Positions 19,200 to 28,767 of a stretch of 64,000 nt of DNA are shown piece by piece; position 1 is the stretch's first letter; each line of letters opens with the position of its first letter. Made by a program: the position numbers and the translations under genes. Under the pieces are notes generated by a model. That model ran no database searches. It saw nothing but the letters and a program-made list of their open reading frames with translations, and was not told where the DNA came from. The DNA comes from Sedimentisphaeraceae bacterium JB056 (GTDB lineage Bacteria; Planctomycetota; Phycisphaerae; Sedimentisphaerales; Sedimentisphaeraceae), in assembly GCA_044440125.1 (NCBI GenBank), contig JBITAJ010000015.1, positions 1 to 64,000 of the forward strand. Direction: 5' to 3'.

Positions 19200-20330
19200 A
19201 TGGCTACAATTCAAATTGACAGGCTTCTTGAAGCATGTATAAGAATGGATGCTTCTGATATCCATATTACTGTTGGGCGTCCACCAGTATTTCGTATGGG
19301 TGGAGCATTGCGTTCGCTTGATACTAAGGTTCTTGAACCGGAAGACACTGTTGCTCTGATGAAGAGTATTACACCTGAAAAAAACCAGCAGGAACTCCAG
19401 GAAAATGGTAGTTGCGACTTTGGTTTTGCCTATGGCGATGCGGGACGTTTTCGTGTTGCTGTTTTCAGGCAAAAGGGTAATGTGGCAATGGTTCTTCGTT
19501 TGATCCCTTCTCTTTTCCTCAGTTTTGACCAGATTGGACTTCCAAAACCGATTGCAGGTTTGTGCCGCAGGCCAAGAGGGCTGTTCCTGGTGACAGGTCC
19601 GACTGGTAGTGGTAAGACAACAACTCTTGCAAGTATGATTAACTTTATTAACGAAACGCTTGACAGGCACATCATCACTGTTGAAGAGCCTATTGAGTAT
19701 TATCACGAGCATAAGCGGTCAGTGATAAATCAGCGTGAGGTAGGGCTTGATGTACCCACATTTGCCGAGGCACTCAAGCGAGCCTTGAGGCAGGACCCTG
19801 ACGTTATCCTTGTTGGTGAGCTTCGAGATCTTGAGACAATAGAGGCTGCTATCAGTGCGGCAGAGACGGGACACTTAGTTTTTGGAACACTTCACACCAC
19901 TGGTTGTCAGGGTACGATTAACCGTATCATTGATGCTTTCCCCACAAACCAGCAGGAAATGATTCGAGTTCAGTTAAGTACTAACTTGATTGCCGTACTC
20001 AGCCAGGCACTTTGTCCGGTTAAAGGCAAGAGAGGGCGAGTAGCTGCATATGAATTTATGATTGTTACATCTGCTATCTCTAACCTTATACGTGAAAATA
20101 AGACTTATCGTATAGAATCAACCATTCAGACATCCAAAAATCTTGGTATGAAGCTGCTTGATGACCATTTATGGGAGCTTTACGATAAGGAAAGGATTGC
20201 TCTTGAGGAGCTTCTTGACAAAGCGCGTAACCCTGCCGTTCTTCTTGAAAAAGCAAGATTAACACATCCGGACGATCCTGATCTCAAAGCAGTGGGGCCA
20301 ATTATTGGTGAATCTGGCAAACTTGAATAA
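19200..20330 (+). CDS. pilT: Type IV pilus retraction ATPase PilT
   Basis: ASDIHITVGRPP, GPTGSGKTTTLA, INQREVG, ALRQDPDVILVGELRD, AISNLIRE (AIRNLIRE motif). Confidence 0.93.
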   Translation: MATIQIDRLLEACIRMDASDIHITVGRPPVFRMGGALRSLDTKVLEPEDTVALMKSITPEKNQQELQENGSCDFGFAYGDAGRFRVAVFRQKGNVAMVLRLIPSLFLSFDQIGLPKPIAGLCRRPRGLFLVTGPTGSGKTTTLASMINFINETLDRHIITVEEPIEYYHEHKRSVINQREVGLDVPTFAEALKRALRQDPDVILVGELRDLETIEAAISAAETGHLVFGTLHTTGCQGTINRIIDAFPTNQQEMIRVQLSTNLIAVLSQALCPVKGKRGRVAAYEFMIVTSAISNLIRENKTYRIESTIQTSKNLGMKLLDDHLWELYDKERIALEELLDKARNPAVLLEKARLTHPDDPDLKAVGPIIGESGKLE

Positions 20331-20438
20331 CATATTGAAAGACGTTTGGCCAAAAGGGTTTAGCCGCCTTTTTGGCTTTTTTAAATCAGAAACAGACTTA
20401 TTTAGTCTCATAAACTAACTGTCTGTTTTGTAAAATAC

Positions 20439-20467
20439 TTGAACAAAGTGTTTTATGATACTATAAT
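20439..20467 (+). promoter_or_regulatory. Sigma70-type promoter upstream of the second assembly ATPase
   Basis: TTGAAC-17-TATAAT, downstream of terminator-like hairpins at 20348-20430. Confidence 0.55.
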
Positions 20468-20523
20468 AATACTATGTGGAATGGGCGTACATTCCGCGGT
20501 AATCTAGAGCAGGAGATATTTAA

Positions 20524-22269
20524 ATGGCAAAAATGCCACCATTAGATCAGCTCAGAGGACGAGTTCTCGGAAGAATACTCATTAAGATGGGTGTTCTTAC
20601 AAGAGATAAAGTTCACAAATGCGTTAAGTTGCAGAAGGAAAAATATTCTGATAAGAAGCTTGGTGAAATACTCATTGAGCAGAAATTGATAGATACCGGA
20701 CAGCTTAATGTTGCTCTCGCTGCGCAGAGAGGAATGGGTTATAACAATATTACCGGCATGGATATTGATAAAGAAGTTATTGATGCTTTGCCGGCTCAAA
20801 TGGCCAATACATATCGTGTCGTTCCTATAGAATATGATAAAAAAGCCAACACAATAACCATTGCTGTTGATGATCCGAATAATTTCCGTGCTACAGATGA
20901 TCTTGCTACTCTTATGGGTTACAAAGTTACTTCTGTTGTAACTGAAGAGTCGGCACTTAATCAGGCTCTTGAAAGATATTATTCTAAGAATGAAGATAAT
21001 ATCACTGATTTGATCGGTGAGCTTGAAAGCGATGAACTGCTTACCAGTATGAGCGGTCGTGATCAGAGTATTGATCTTGACGAACTGGGTGAGCTTGCAG
21101 CTTCAAACCCTGTTAAAAAGCTCCTTAACCTGGTACTTATACAGGCTATTCGTGATAAGGCGGCTGATATTCACTTTGAACCCTTTGAGAACAGCTACAG
21201 GATGCGATATCGTATTGACGGTGTTCTTTATGAAATGGTTCCGCCTCCAAAACATATTGCTGTGGCACTTAGCTCACGAATCAAGGTTATGGCTAACCTT
21301 GACATATCTGAAAGGCGACTTCCACAGGATGGACGTATCCCCCTTGTACTCAATGGCGTAATGGTTGACCTTCGTGTGAGTATTTTGCCGACTATGTTTG
21401 GCGAGAGCGTTGTGCTGCGTATCCTTGACCGTTCACAGATAGAAATGACTCTTGCTGAGCTTGGGTTAAGGGATGAAGAGATCGATATGATCGATCAGGT
21501 TATTCACCGTCCAAATGGTATTATAGTTGTAACCGGGCCTACCGGTTGCGGTAAGACCACAACCCTTTATGCTTCTCTGCGTGAGCTTAATACTGTCGAT
21601 CGTAAGATAATAACCACAGAGGATCCGGTTGAGTACGATGTTGCTGGTATGCATCAGGTACAGATTCGTACAGAGATAGGACTCACATTCGCAGCTTGCC
21701 TTAGAAGTATTCTTCGTCAGGACCCTGACGTGATAATGGTTGGTGAGATTCGTGACTTTGAAACGGCTCAAATCGCTGTTGAGGCAGCACTTACAGGTCA
21801 CCTTGTATTCACTACTGTGCATACTAACGATGCTCCAAGTGCAGTTGCTCGTCTTCTTGATCTTGGTTTGGAGAAGTTCCTTATAACAGCAACTGCCGAG
21901 GCGGTTGTGGCTCAGAGGCTTGTAAGAAGAATATGTAACAACTGTAAACGCGAGTATAAGCCTTCAGCTGAAGAGGTAATGGAAATCGGACTATTGCCAG
22001 AGGATGTGGCAGATAAGAAATTCTATTACGGAAAAGGTTGCGATCTCTGTAGTAATACAGGCTACAAAGGGCGACTTGGTCTTTATGAGATCATGGTTTT
22101 CAATGATGAGATACGTGATCTTATAATGAATGACGCTTCAACGGCTGTATTGAGAAATGCTGCCCGAAAAAATGGTATGCGTATGCTCCGTGAGAATGGT
22201 TTGAAGGCTATATTTGATGGTGTAACGACTATTGATGAGGTAGTCAAAGAGACCATAATGGAAAGTTAA
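20524..22269 (+). CDS. Second PilB/GspE-family assembly ATPase
   Basis: LGRILIK..LGEILIE N-terminus; ADIHFEP, GPTGCGKTTTLY, EDPVEY, LRQDPD; tetra-Cys motif. Confidence 0.9.
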   Translation: MAKMPPLDQLRGRVLGRILIKMGVLTRDKVHKCVKLQKEKYSDKKLGEILIEQKLIDTGQLNVALAAQRGMGYNNITGMDIDKEVIDALPAQMANTYRVVPIEYDKKANTITIAVDDPNNFRATDDLATLMGYKVTSVVTEESALNQALERYYSKNEDNITDLIGELESDELLTSMSGRDQSIDLDELGELAASNPVKKLLNLVLIQAIRDKAADIHFEPFENSYRMRYRIDGVLYEMVPPPKHIAVALSSRIKVMANLDISERRLPQDGRIPLVLNGVMVDLRVSILPTMFGESVVLRILDRSQIEMTLAELGLRDEEIDMIDQVIHRPNGIIVVTGPTGCGKTTTLYASLRELNTVDRKIITTEDPVEYDVAGMHQVQIRTEIGLTFAACLRSILRQDPDVIMVGEIRDFETAQIAVEAALTGHLVFTTVHTNDAPSAVARLLDLGLEKFLITATAEAVVAQRLVRRICNNCKREYKPSAEEVMEIGLLPEDVADKKFYYGKGCDLCSNTGYKGRLGLYEIMVFNDEIRDLIMNDASTAVLRNAARKNGMRMLRENGLKAIFDGVTTIDEVVKETIMES

Positions 22270-22322
22270 ACGTAAAACGTTACACGTTTTTTTATAATAA
22301 GTATTAATTTCGAGGTTTTAAG

Positions 22323-23585
22323 ATGCCTGTTTTTCAGTATCAAGCGTTAGATGCAAATGGCAAAGAGGCCAAGGGAGAGATTGAAGCCCTTAGTAACAAG
22401 GAAGCCATTAGCAAGATACGCAATCAGGGAATGTTCCCTACAAAGGTAAAAGCCAAGGGCGGCGCCAAGAAATTAGATATAGACACCAGACGCGGCAAAG
22501 GCAGAAGAGGTGCGAACTCTAAGGTTAAGATCAAGCATGTAACGCAGTTTGCTCGTCAGCTTAGTACACTTCAGGATGCGGGCTTGTCTATTTTGCGATC
22601 TTTGAGAATTCTTGAGGAACAGCAGAAAAAAGGACCGTTCAGAAAGATAATAGGCTATGTCGGTGATGATATTGAAGGTGGTGCTACACTTTCTGAGGCT
22701 ATGGCGAAATACCCCAGGTGTTTTAACCCGCTTTTTACCAACATGGTTGCGGCAGGTGAGCTTGGTGGTGTTTTGGATGTGATTCTTTCACGTATTGCTG
22801 ACTTTATGGAATCTGCCGAGAAGCTTAAAAGCAGGGTAAAGGGTGCAATGATGTATCCTACTGTGGTTATGATTATCGCTTTTGCGATTCTTATTGGTCT
22901 TATGGTTGGTATTGTACCGACTTTTGCCGAGGTTCTTGTAGATATGACCGATGGTGCGGCAAAGTTGCCTGGACTTACTCTTGCACTTATGCAAGCCAGT
23001 CAGTGGCTGCTTCATGGATTTGGCATACCCGGTGGTGGTGCGATTGTTGTTGTACTTACGCCTATAGTTATAATCATTGTATTGAAGTTCCTCAGGAAGT
23101 TCAAGGTTTGTGGTTTTGTGCTTGATATTGTCAAGCTTAAGCTTCCTATTGTTGGTAAGCTTTCATACAAGATTTCAGTTGCAAGATGGACAAGAACGCT
23201 TGGTACTCTTATCAGTGCCGGTGTACCTATTCTTGATGCTATAAATATTACACGTGATACTTCTGGTAACGAAGTTTATGCACGTGCTCTTGATAAAGTC
23301 CATGCGGCGATACGTCAGGGTGATACTTTTGCTAATCCTCTCAAGGCAACTAAAACAGTTGACGGTCTTGTTGTCAACATGATTGATGTTGGTGAGGAAA
23401 CTGGTGATCTTGATAAGATGCTTTACAAGATTGCAGACAACTTTGATGAAGAGGTTGATGTTATGGTTGGCTCTCTTATGTCATTGCTTGAGCCTGTTTT
23501 GATTGTTGTGCTTGGTGGCCTTGTAGGTACTATCGTTCTTGCGATGTTCTTGCCTATGGTAACGATTATTACTGCTTTGATGTAA
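22323..23585 (+). CDS. pilC: Inner-membrane platform protein PilC/GspF
   Basis: FARQLSTL..AG, AGELGG.LD, VGEETGDLD, LLEP, AMFLPM; three TM segments. Confidence 0.92.
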   Translation: MPVFQYQALDANGKEAKGEIEALSNKEAISKIRNQGMFPTKVKAKGGAKKLDIDTRRGKGRRGANSKVKIKHVTQFARQLSTLQDAGLSILRSLRILEEQQKKGPFRKIIGYVGDDIEGGATLSEAMAKYPRCFNPLFTNMVAAGELGGVLDVILSRIADFMESAEKLKSRVKGAMMYPTVVMIIAFAILIGLMVGIVPTFAEVLVDMTDGAAKLPGLTLALMQASQWLLHGFGIPGGGAIVVVLTPIVIIIVLKFLRKFKVCGFVLDIVKLKLPIVGKLSYKISVARWTRTLGTLISAGVPILDAINITRDTSGNEVYARALDKVHAAIRQGDTFANPLKATKTVDGLVVNMIDVGEETGDLDKMLYKIADNFDEEVDVMVGSLMSLLEPVLIVVLGGLVGTIVLAMFLPMVTIITALM

Positions 23586-23588
23586 AAA

Positions 23589-23619
23589 AGTTATCAGCTA
23601 TCAGTAGTCAGTAGATTAG
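23589..23619 (+). repeat. 7-nt-periodic AG arm 5' of the four-helix-bundle gene
   Basis: AGTTATC AGCTATC AGTAGTC AGTAGAT. Confidence 0.8.
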
Positions 23620-23635
23620 CTGAATAGAAAAGTAT

Positions 23636-24016
23636 ATGAAATTTGAAGATATGGAAATTTGGAAACGCTCAGCAAGGCTTTCGGCAAAGCTATATAAGTC
23701 ATTTGTCGATTGCAAGGATTTTGGGTTCAAAGATCAGATTACAAGATCGAGCCTATCTGTTCCAAGCAATATTGCCGAGGGTTCAGAGAGGAACTCAAAG
23801 AAAGATTTTGTACGTTTCTTAAAATATGCCAAAGGTTCGTGTGGCGAACTAAGAACTCAAATTTATATTGGTATGGATATTGGATATATTGATTTGTGTC
23901 AAGGGAAAGTTTGGTTGAATGAAACGAGAGAAATTTCAGCCATGTTAGTCGCTTTTATCAATTCGATAGAAAGCCAAATTGTTACTGAAAATAAGAATAT
24001 AGAAGTAAGAAGTTAG
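23636..24016 (+). CDS. Four helix bundle protein (23S rRNA IVP/Avd-like family)
   Basis: FEDMEIWK, FKDQITRSSLSVPSNIAEG, FVRFLKYAKGSCGELRTQ. Confidence 0.92.
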   Translation: MKFEDMEIWKRSARLSAKLYKSFVDCKDFGFKDQITRSSLSVPSNIAEGSERNSKKDFVRFLKYAKGSCGELRTQIYIGMDIGYIDLCQGKVWLNETREISAMLVAFINSIESQIVTENKNIEVRS

Positions 24017-24078
24017 AAGTGAGTACGTGCGACGAGTGAACAGCTTTACTGATTGCTGATTACTGAAAACTGATTACT
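23994..24078. repeat. 7-nt-periodic arms 3' of the four-helix-bundle gene
   Basis: AGAATAT AGAAGTA AGAAGTT AGAAGTG, overlapping the stop codon; then CTGATTG CTGATTA CTGAAAA CTGATTA CT. Confidence 0.8.
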
Positions 24079-24162
24079 TCATTAAATTGAGGGCAAAGCC
24101 CAAATTAGTTAAAAAAATGAAATTTGTTAGTAATTATAGGATATTTTGAAAGGAAAATTAAA

Positions 24163-25188
24163 ATGAAAAGTGAAAGCCGTATTAAGGCCAAGGGTTTTAC
24201 GATCGTTGAGCTGCTTACAGTTATGGGCGTAATTGTTGTGCTCATAAGCTTGCTGTTGCCGGCACTCTCTATGGTTAGGGATTTCTCTCGTGAGATCCAG
24301 CAGAAGGCTCAGTTCCATAGTATTGAGGTTGGAGCGGAGATGTATCAGAGTGATTACGGTACACTTCCACCATCATATGATAATGACCCTGCTATGAGAC
24401 CTACTGGCAGTACAGATGCTGCTGATACTACTCCTTATAGTGGTGCCAGCAAGCTTGCAGAAGCTATGGTTGGTATGGATCTACTTGGTTTCCATCCTAA
24501 TTCAGATTACCGTGCAGACGGTCTTAATGATGTTAAGGTGCGTGATGCTACTGGTGCTATGGTATTAGAGACTGATCAGGAAATCTATACTGCGACGAGC
24601 ACTATTGCAAATGCTAACTGGCAGACAGCAGAAGAGAACCTTGATGCCAGAACAGGTCCATATATTGATCTTGAGAATGCCAACGCCTTTAGATTGGGAC
24701 AGATTTACCAAAATATAGGAGCTTTTGCCGCACCTTCTTACCTTACAGATGTTACAGTAAGTGATGGTCCTCTTGTTCTTTGCGATGTATTTGCTGAAAA
24801 ACGCCAGTCAGGTGAAAAGACAGGTACTCCGATTCTTTATTTCAAGGCACGCACACAGTATAAAGATCAGAATTACCAGGAAAAATATATGACCACCTTT
24901 ACAGGTGATGAATGGGATGATGATATATATAACTATCTTGATAACTTCAATATTATAGATCTTAATGTTGCTTCAGACCAGAATGTATCACACGCAGTGA
25001 AAAGCAACTCTGTAGCTGGAAGTCCTGCATTAGGTATTGATATTTTTGAAGATATGATTATTAACGACAAGGTAACTTCTCTTAGCAGACCTTACCGTGC
25101 GAATTCATTTATTCTCTGGTCAGCCGGTAAAGATGGTCTTTACGGTACAAGTGACGATATCTTCAATTTCGATAAAGATAAAGAATAA
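24163..25188 (+). CDS. Prepilin/pseudopilin (GspG-like C-terminus), paralog 1
   Basis: KG|FTIVELLTV cleavage/methylation motif; C-terminal ILWSAGKDGLYGTSDDIFNF. Confidence 0.88.
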   Translation: MKSESRIKAKGFTIVELLTVMGVIVVLISLLLPALSMVRDFSREIQQKAQFHSIEVGAEMYQSDYGTLPPSYDNDPAMRPTGSTDAADTTPYSGASKLAEAMVGMDLLGFHPNSDYRADGLNDVKVRDATGAMVLETDQEIYTATSTIANANWQTAEENLDARTGPYIDLENANAFRLGQIYQNIGAFAAPSYLTDVTVSDGPLVLCDVFAEKRQSGEKTGTPILYFKARTQYKDQNYQEKYMTTFTGDEWDDDIYNYLDNFNIIDLNVASDQNVSHAVKSNSVAGSPALGIDIFEDMIINDKVTSLSRPYRANSFILWSAGKDGLYGTSDDIFNFDKDKE

Positions 25189-25196
25189 AGTTAATC

Positions 25197-25258
25197 AGTT
25201 ATCAATGATCAGTTATCAGTGGATTGCTAATACATTTCACTGATAACTGGGATAGCTG
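25197..25258. repeat. 7-nt-periodic inverted arms (empty site) between pilin genes
   Basis: AGTTATC AATGATC AGTTATC; perfect 12-bp stem CAGTTATCAGTG (25210-25221) / CACTGATAACTG (25238-25249). Confidence 0.85.
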
Positions 25259-25290
25259 TTATCAAACAGATTTGTCTTAAGAAGGATACA

Positions 25291-25953
25291 ATGAATAGAA
25301 AAGCGTTCTCATTGCAGGAAATTCTTGTCGTAATGGCAATAATAGCCGTTATGACGATAATTCTCGTTACAGGTGGGCTTAGTTTGCGAAAACAGGCTGA
25401 TATACGAGTAGCTGAGAATACTGTTCTGACCCTTTCCACTGCACTTGATCTTTATTATGAGAAAAATGGTCAGTATCCTTTTGAAGCGTTAGCTTATCTG
25501 CCTGATTCTACTGATCCTGGTCATATAAGCTTTGGACGTGAGGAACTTGCCGAAGAGATCATGATATATCTTGGCTATGATGTTGCAACTACTGCTTATT
25601 CTGTAGCGGTTGATGAGACTCGAAATTATCAGGCAAGTATTGAAGCTCTTTATTATTTTCTTCAGCAAGATCCTGCTACAAGAGAAACGCTTGACTCAAT
25701 ACCGAACAGGTATGTTACAGCAAAATCCGCTTCTGACAGCACGGTTCTCGAAGAGCTTGAGATTGATGCTGCTGAGTATATCCCGCTGATAAGAGTAGTT
25801 GACCCTTGGGGCAGTCCTTATCGTTACATATATGAAGCGGGAAGCGGTGTCGCCAAAATAGAATCAGCAGGGCCGGATGGTGAGTTTGGAAGAAATGATG
25901 CCGGTGTTGACGCGGATGAAGATGCAAAGAATTTTGACAATATATCAAATTGA
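25291..25953 (+). CDS. Pseudopilin GspG-like
   Basis: KA|FSLQEILVV; DPWGSPYRY; SAGPDGEFG. Confidence 0.88.
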   Translation: MNRKAFSLQEILVVMAIIAVMTIILVTGGLSLRKQADIRVAENTVLTLSTALDLYYEKNGQYPFEALAYLPDSTDPGHISFGREELAEEIMIYLGYDVATTAYSVAVDETRNYQASIEALYYFLQQDPATRETLDSIPNRYVTAKSASDSTVLEELEIDAAEYIPLIRVVDPWGSPYRYIYEAGSGVAKIESAGPDGEFGRNDAGVDADEDAKNFDNISN

Positions 25954-25967
25954 TTGAGAGAATAATT

Positions 25968-26966
25968 ATGTTTAAGCCAAAAGTAAGATATATACGTGCA
26001 TTTACTCTTATAGAGCTTCTGGTTGTTATCAGTGTGATAACTTTGCTGATGGCTGTATTTGGAATCAGTGCAAATAAGGTAAATCAGGTTGCTCGTAATC
26101 TGAAGCAGAAAGCTCAGATGCATTCGATGGAAGTCGGGCTTGAGTTGTATCTTAAGGATTTTGGCGATTATCCTGATTCTGATCCGGTCAATGCTGCTGG
26201 TAGTTATGTGTATGGTCCTCAACATCTCACAGAGGCGCTGTTTGGTCGCGATTTAGCAGGATTCGAAGTCAACTCCAAGTTTCATGGTACAGGAGATGGA
26301 ACTCTAAATGGGGCGGCTATTACTGATTATTATAAGCCTTATTCTGATATTAGCCAAAACAGACGTAAAGGCCCCTATATGCAGATAAAAGAGGGTGGAG
26401 TTGATGTGATTTACATGAACTACGGCACAACACCTCTTTACAGTACGGCAGAGCTTACAGCGGGAAGCATCTATCATGATTCTTCGCTTGCTTTTGATCC
26501 GAGTGATTTGGATTCTCAGTATAACACTGCTGCACCGGTTATTGTGGATGTTTTCAGACAGAAGAAGATAGAACGTCCAAGTGGAGAAAACACTTACGTG
26601 GGTACTCCTGTGCTTTATTTCAAAGCCAATAGAGGTTCGAAATTGTTTAGCTCTGACGGTCCAGGTTCAGGTGCAACATATTCTTCTTTAAAAGAGTGGA
26701 CATATAATTATTTCGATAATAGCGGCTTTTATGAGCTTCCAAACTTGAAAAACCCGACGGATCCGGATACCACACACCGTTTCAGTCCAGGCTATACAGA
26801 TCCTGTTACAGGTCTGACAGGAATTGAAGCGTTCTATGATTACATAACTAATGACAAGGTTAGTTCATTCGATCAGGCACAAAATCCAGAGGGATTCTTG
26901 CTTATTTCGGCCGGAAGAGATGGTATTTACGGCACAAAAGACGATGTGACAAACTTTGAAAGATAA
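25968..26966 (+). CDS. Prepilin/pseudopilin, paralog 2
   Basis: RA|FTLIELLVV; GTPVLYFKA; LISAGRDGIYGTKDDVTNF. Confidence 0.88.
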   Translation: MFKPKVRYIRAFTLIELLVVISVITLLMAVFGISANKVNQVARNLKQKAQMHSMEVGLELYLKDFGDYPDSDPVNAAGSYVYGPQHLTEALFGRDLAGFEVNSKFHGTGDGTLNGAAITDYYKPYSDISQNRRKGPYMQIKEGGVDVIYMNYGTTPLYSTAELTAGSIYHDSSLAFDPSDLDSQYNTAAPVIVDVFRQKKIERPSGENTYVGTPVLYFKANRGSKLFSSDGPGSGATYSSLKEWTYNYFDNSGFYELPNLKNPTDPDTTHRFSPGYTDPVTGLTGIEAFYDYITNDKVSSFDQAQNPEGFLLISAGRDGIYGTKDDVTNFER

Positions 26967-26971
26967 TTAAT

Positions 26972-27030
26972 AGCTATAAGCAATCAGTAATTAGCAATAA
27001 GTGATTTTGCTAACAGCTAATTGCTAAATT
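26972..27030. repeat. 7-nt-periodic inverted arms (empty site) between pilin genes
   Basis: AGCTATA AGCAATC AGTAATT AGCAATA AG ... CTAACAG CTAATTG CTAAATT. Confidence 0.8.
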
Positions 27031-27042
27031 AAAGGTGATATC

Positions 27043-27912
27043 ATGAGTATAAACCGCAAAACAGGATTTACGTTAGTTGAGCTCTTAACCGTCGTCGGTA
27101 TAATTGCTATTTTGATAGCGTTGCTTCTTCCTGCTCTTAATAAAGTTAAAACTTTGAGTTTTGACACGAAACAAAGAGGTCAGATAAATGCTATAGAGAT
27201 AGCTATCGAAACTTACAGAAATGACTTTGGTATGTATCCGGCATCGGGTAACGTTGATGCAGCAGACGATACTCCCAAAGATAGCATGGGTGTTCCTTAT
27301 TACGGCACCGAAAAGCTTGCTGAGGCGTTGATGGGGCATGATCTTCTTGGTGTTCATAAAGATGTTCCGACTAATTTTTATAAGTTTGGTATCATCTATG
27401 ATCAGACTGCTACTAATTTAAGTAATAGAAAAGGACCTTATCTTGAGACCGAAAAATTGAATCCTGTGGAAAGCGGATCTACGGAAGATATTTTCAATCT
27501 TGTAGATGGCGGACATTATATTTCAGATGTTTATCGACGTGATGATCTTAGCGTTGGATTGCCCTTACTTTATTACAAGGCTGACACCAATAATAAGATA
27601 CAGACTGGAACCGCTGTAGCTTCAATAGCAGATAAAATTTATGATTTCAGGGATTCTAACATGCCTTATGCGGGTACAGTGTCCGGTGATGCTGAAGCCA
27701 ATTATATACAAGGCCGTTCAAATATATGGGATACTACCGACGGTACAACAGCAGAAGATAATTTTGATGATTCTGTGATTAATTATGATATCTCACCAAC
27801 TGCAGGTGTTTATACAATTCCATACCGTGCCCAGACATATCTCCTTATAAGTGCCGGTAATGACGGCATCTACGGCACAGAAGATGATATTTGCAACTTT
27901 GAGAAAAATTAA
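27043..27912 (+). CDS. Prepilin/pseudopilin, paralog 3
   Basis: TG|FTLVELLTV; GLPLLYYKA; LISAGNDGIYGTEDDICNF. Confidence 0.88.
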   Translation: MSINRKTGFTLVELLTVVGIIAILIALLLPALNKVKTLSFDTKQRGQINAIEIAIETYRNDFGMYPASGNVDAADDTPKDSMGVPYYGTEKLAEALMGHDLLGVHKDVPTNFYKFGIIYDQTATNLSNRKGPYLETEKLNPVESGSTEDIFNLVDGGHYISDVYRRDDLSVGLPLLYYKADTNNKIQTGTAVASIADKIYDFRDSNMPYAGTVSGDAEANYIQGRSNIWDTTDGTTAEDNFDDSVINYDISPTAGVYTIPYRAQTYLLISAGNDGIYGTEDDICNFEKN

Positions 27913-27963
27913 CAGATTGTGCATAAAATTCTAAGTGCAACTCAAATAAAGAAATCAGGTAAA

Positions 27964-28767
27964 ATGAATAAGCGACTGCGCGGACTAACCTTATCAGAAC
28001 TTCTCGTAGCTCTTGCCATTGTGGTGATAGTGGGTTCTATAGCCGTACCGGTGGTCCTTTCCTTGAAGGAAGGATTGCGGGGCAGTGCTAATGCGCAGAC
28101 CATTATATCAACGGCTCTTCAGAATGCACGTGCTATTGCTATGGAGAAAGGGCAGTATTCGGGTGTTCGTTTTCAGCAGGATCAGGACGGCAATCAATAC
28201 GCTGTCTATATTACGCATATTCCGCAAGGCTCAGGTGCTGCAGGCGGCATGACGGTTTATTATAAGGCAGTCGAAGGACGCTCTCCGGTGAGATTGCCAG
28301 AGGATATGGCTGTTGCTGATATGGTAGTTGGTACGACTGCAAGCCCTGTTTATACTGATAGGACATTTGCGGTATTTAGTCTTGCTGATGTCGATTTAGA
28401 TTCTTCCATCACAGATACTACAAGCTTCTCTGTTATCTTTGATTCAAAGGGACAGCTTGTGAAGGTTGTCTGCCGCATGCGAAACAGACAAGGTGAATAT
28501 CTTCCCAATGATGGCGGTGCTGGCGGTGACAGCAACGATAGAGTTTTTAATAGTCGGCCTAATGTAGAAAATGATATTGCAAAATTCATCCAGGATGATT
28601 ATGCAAATCTTGGGCTTGGCGGAGAGCTTAGCCGAGTGCAGTTCAAGATATTTGACAAAGTCAAGTATAGAGAATTTGAAAATTCTGCTGATAAGTATGA
28701 GTATTTAAATACATTGCCTTATGTTTATGTTAATCAGTATACCGGAAAGTTGATGGGTGGGCAATGA
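27964..28767 (+). CDS. Minor pilin, FimT/GspH-like
   Basis: RG|LTLSELLVAL; LQNARAIAM helix. Confidence 0.75.
   Translation: MNKRLRGLTLSELLVALAIVVIVGSIAVPVVLSLKEGLRGSANAQTIISTALQNARAIAMEKGQYSGVRFQQDQDGNQYAVYITHIPQGSGAAGGMTVYYKAVEGRSPVRLPEDMAVADMVVGTTASPVYTDRTFAVFSLADVDLDSSITDTTSFSVIFDSKGQLVKVVCRMRNRQGEYLPNDGGAGGDSNDRVFNSRPNVENDIAKFIQDDYANLGLGGELSRVQFKIFDKVKYREFENSADKYEYLNTLPYVYVNQYTGKLMGGQ

Noticed and set aside
23636..27912. Diversity-generating retroelement targeting pilin C-termini, suggested by the Avd-like gene
   Set aside because: There is no reverse transcriptase in the window, and differences among the pilin 3' ends are not adenine-specific, so no TR/VR pair is present.
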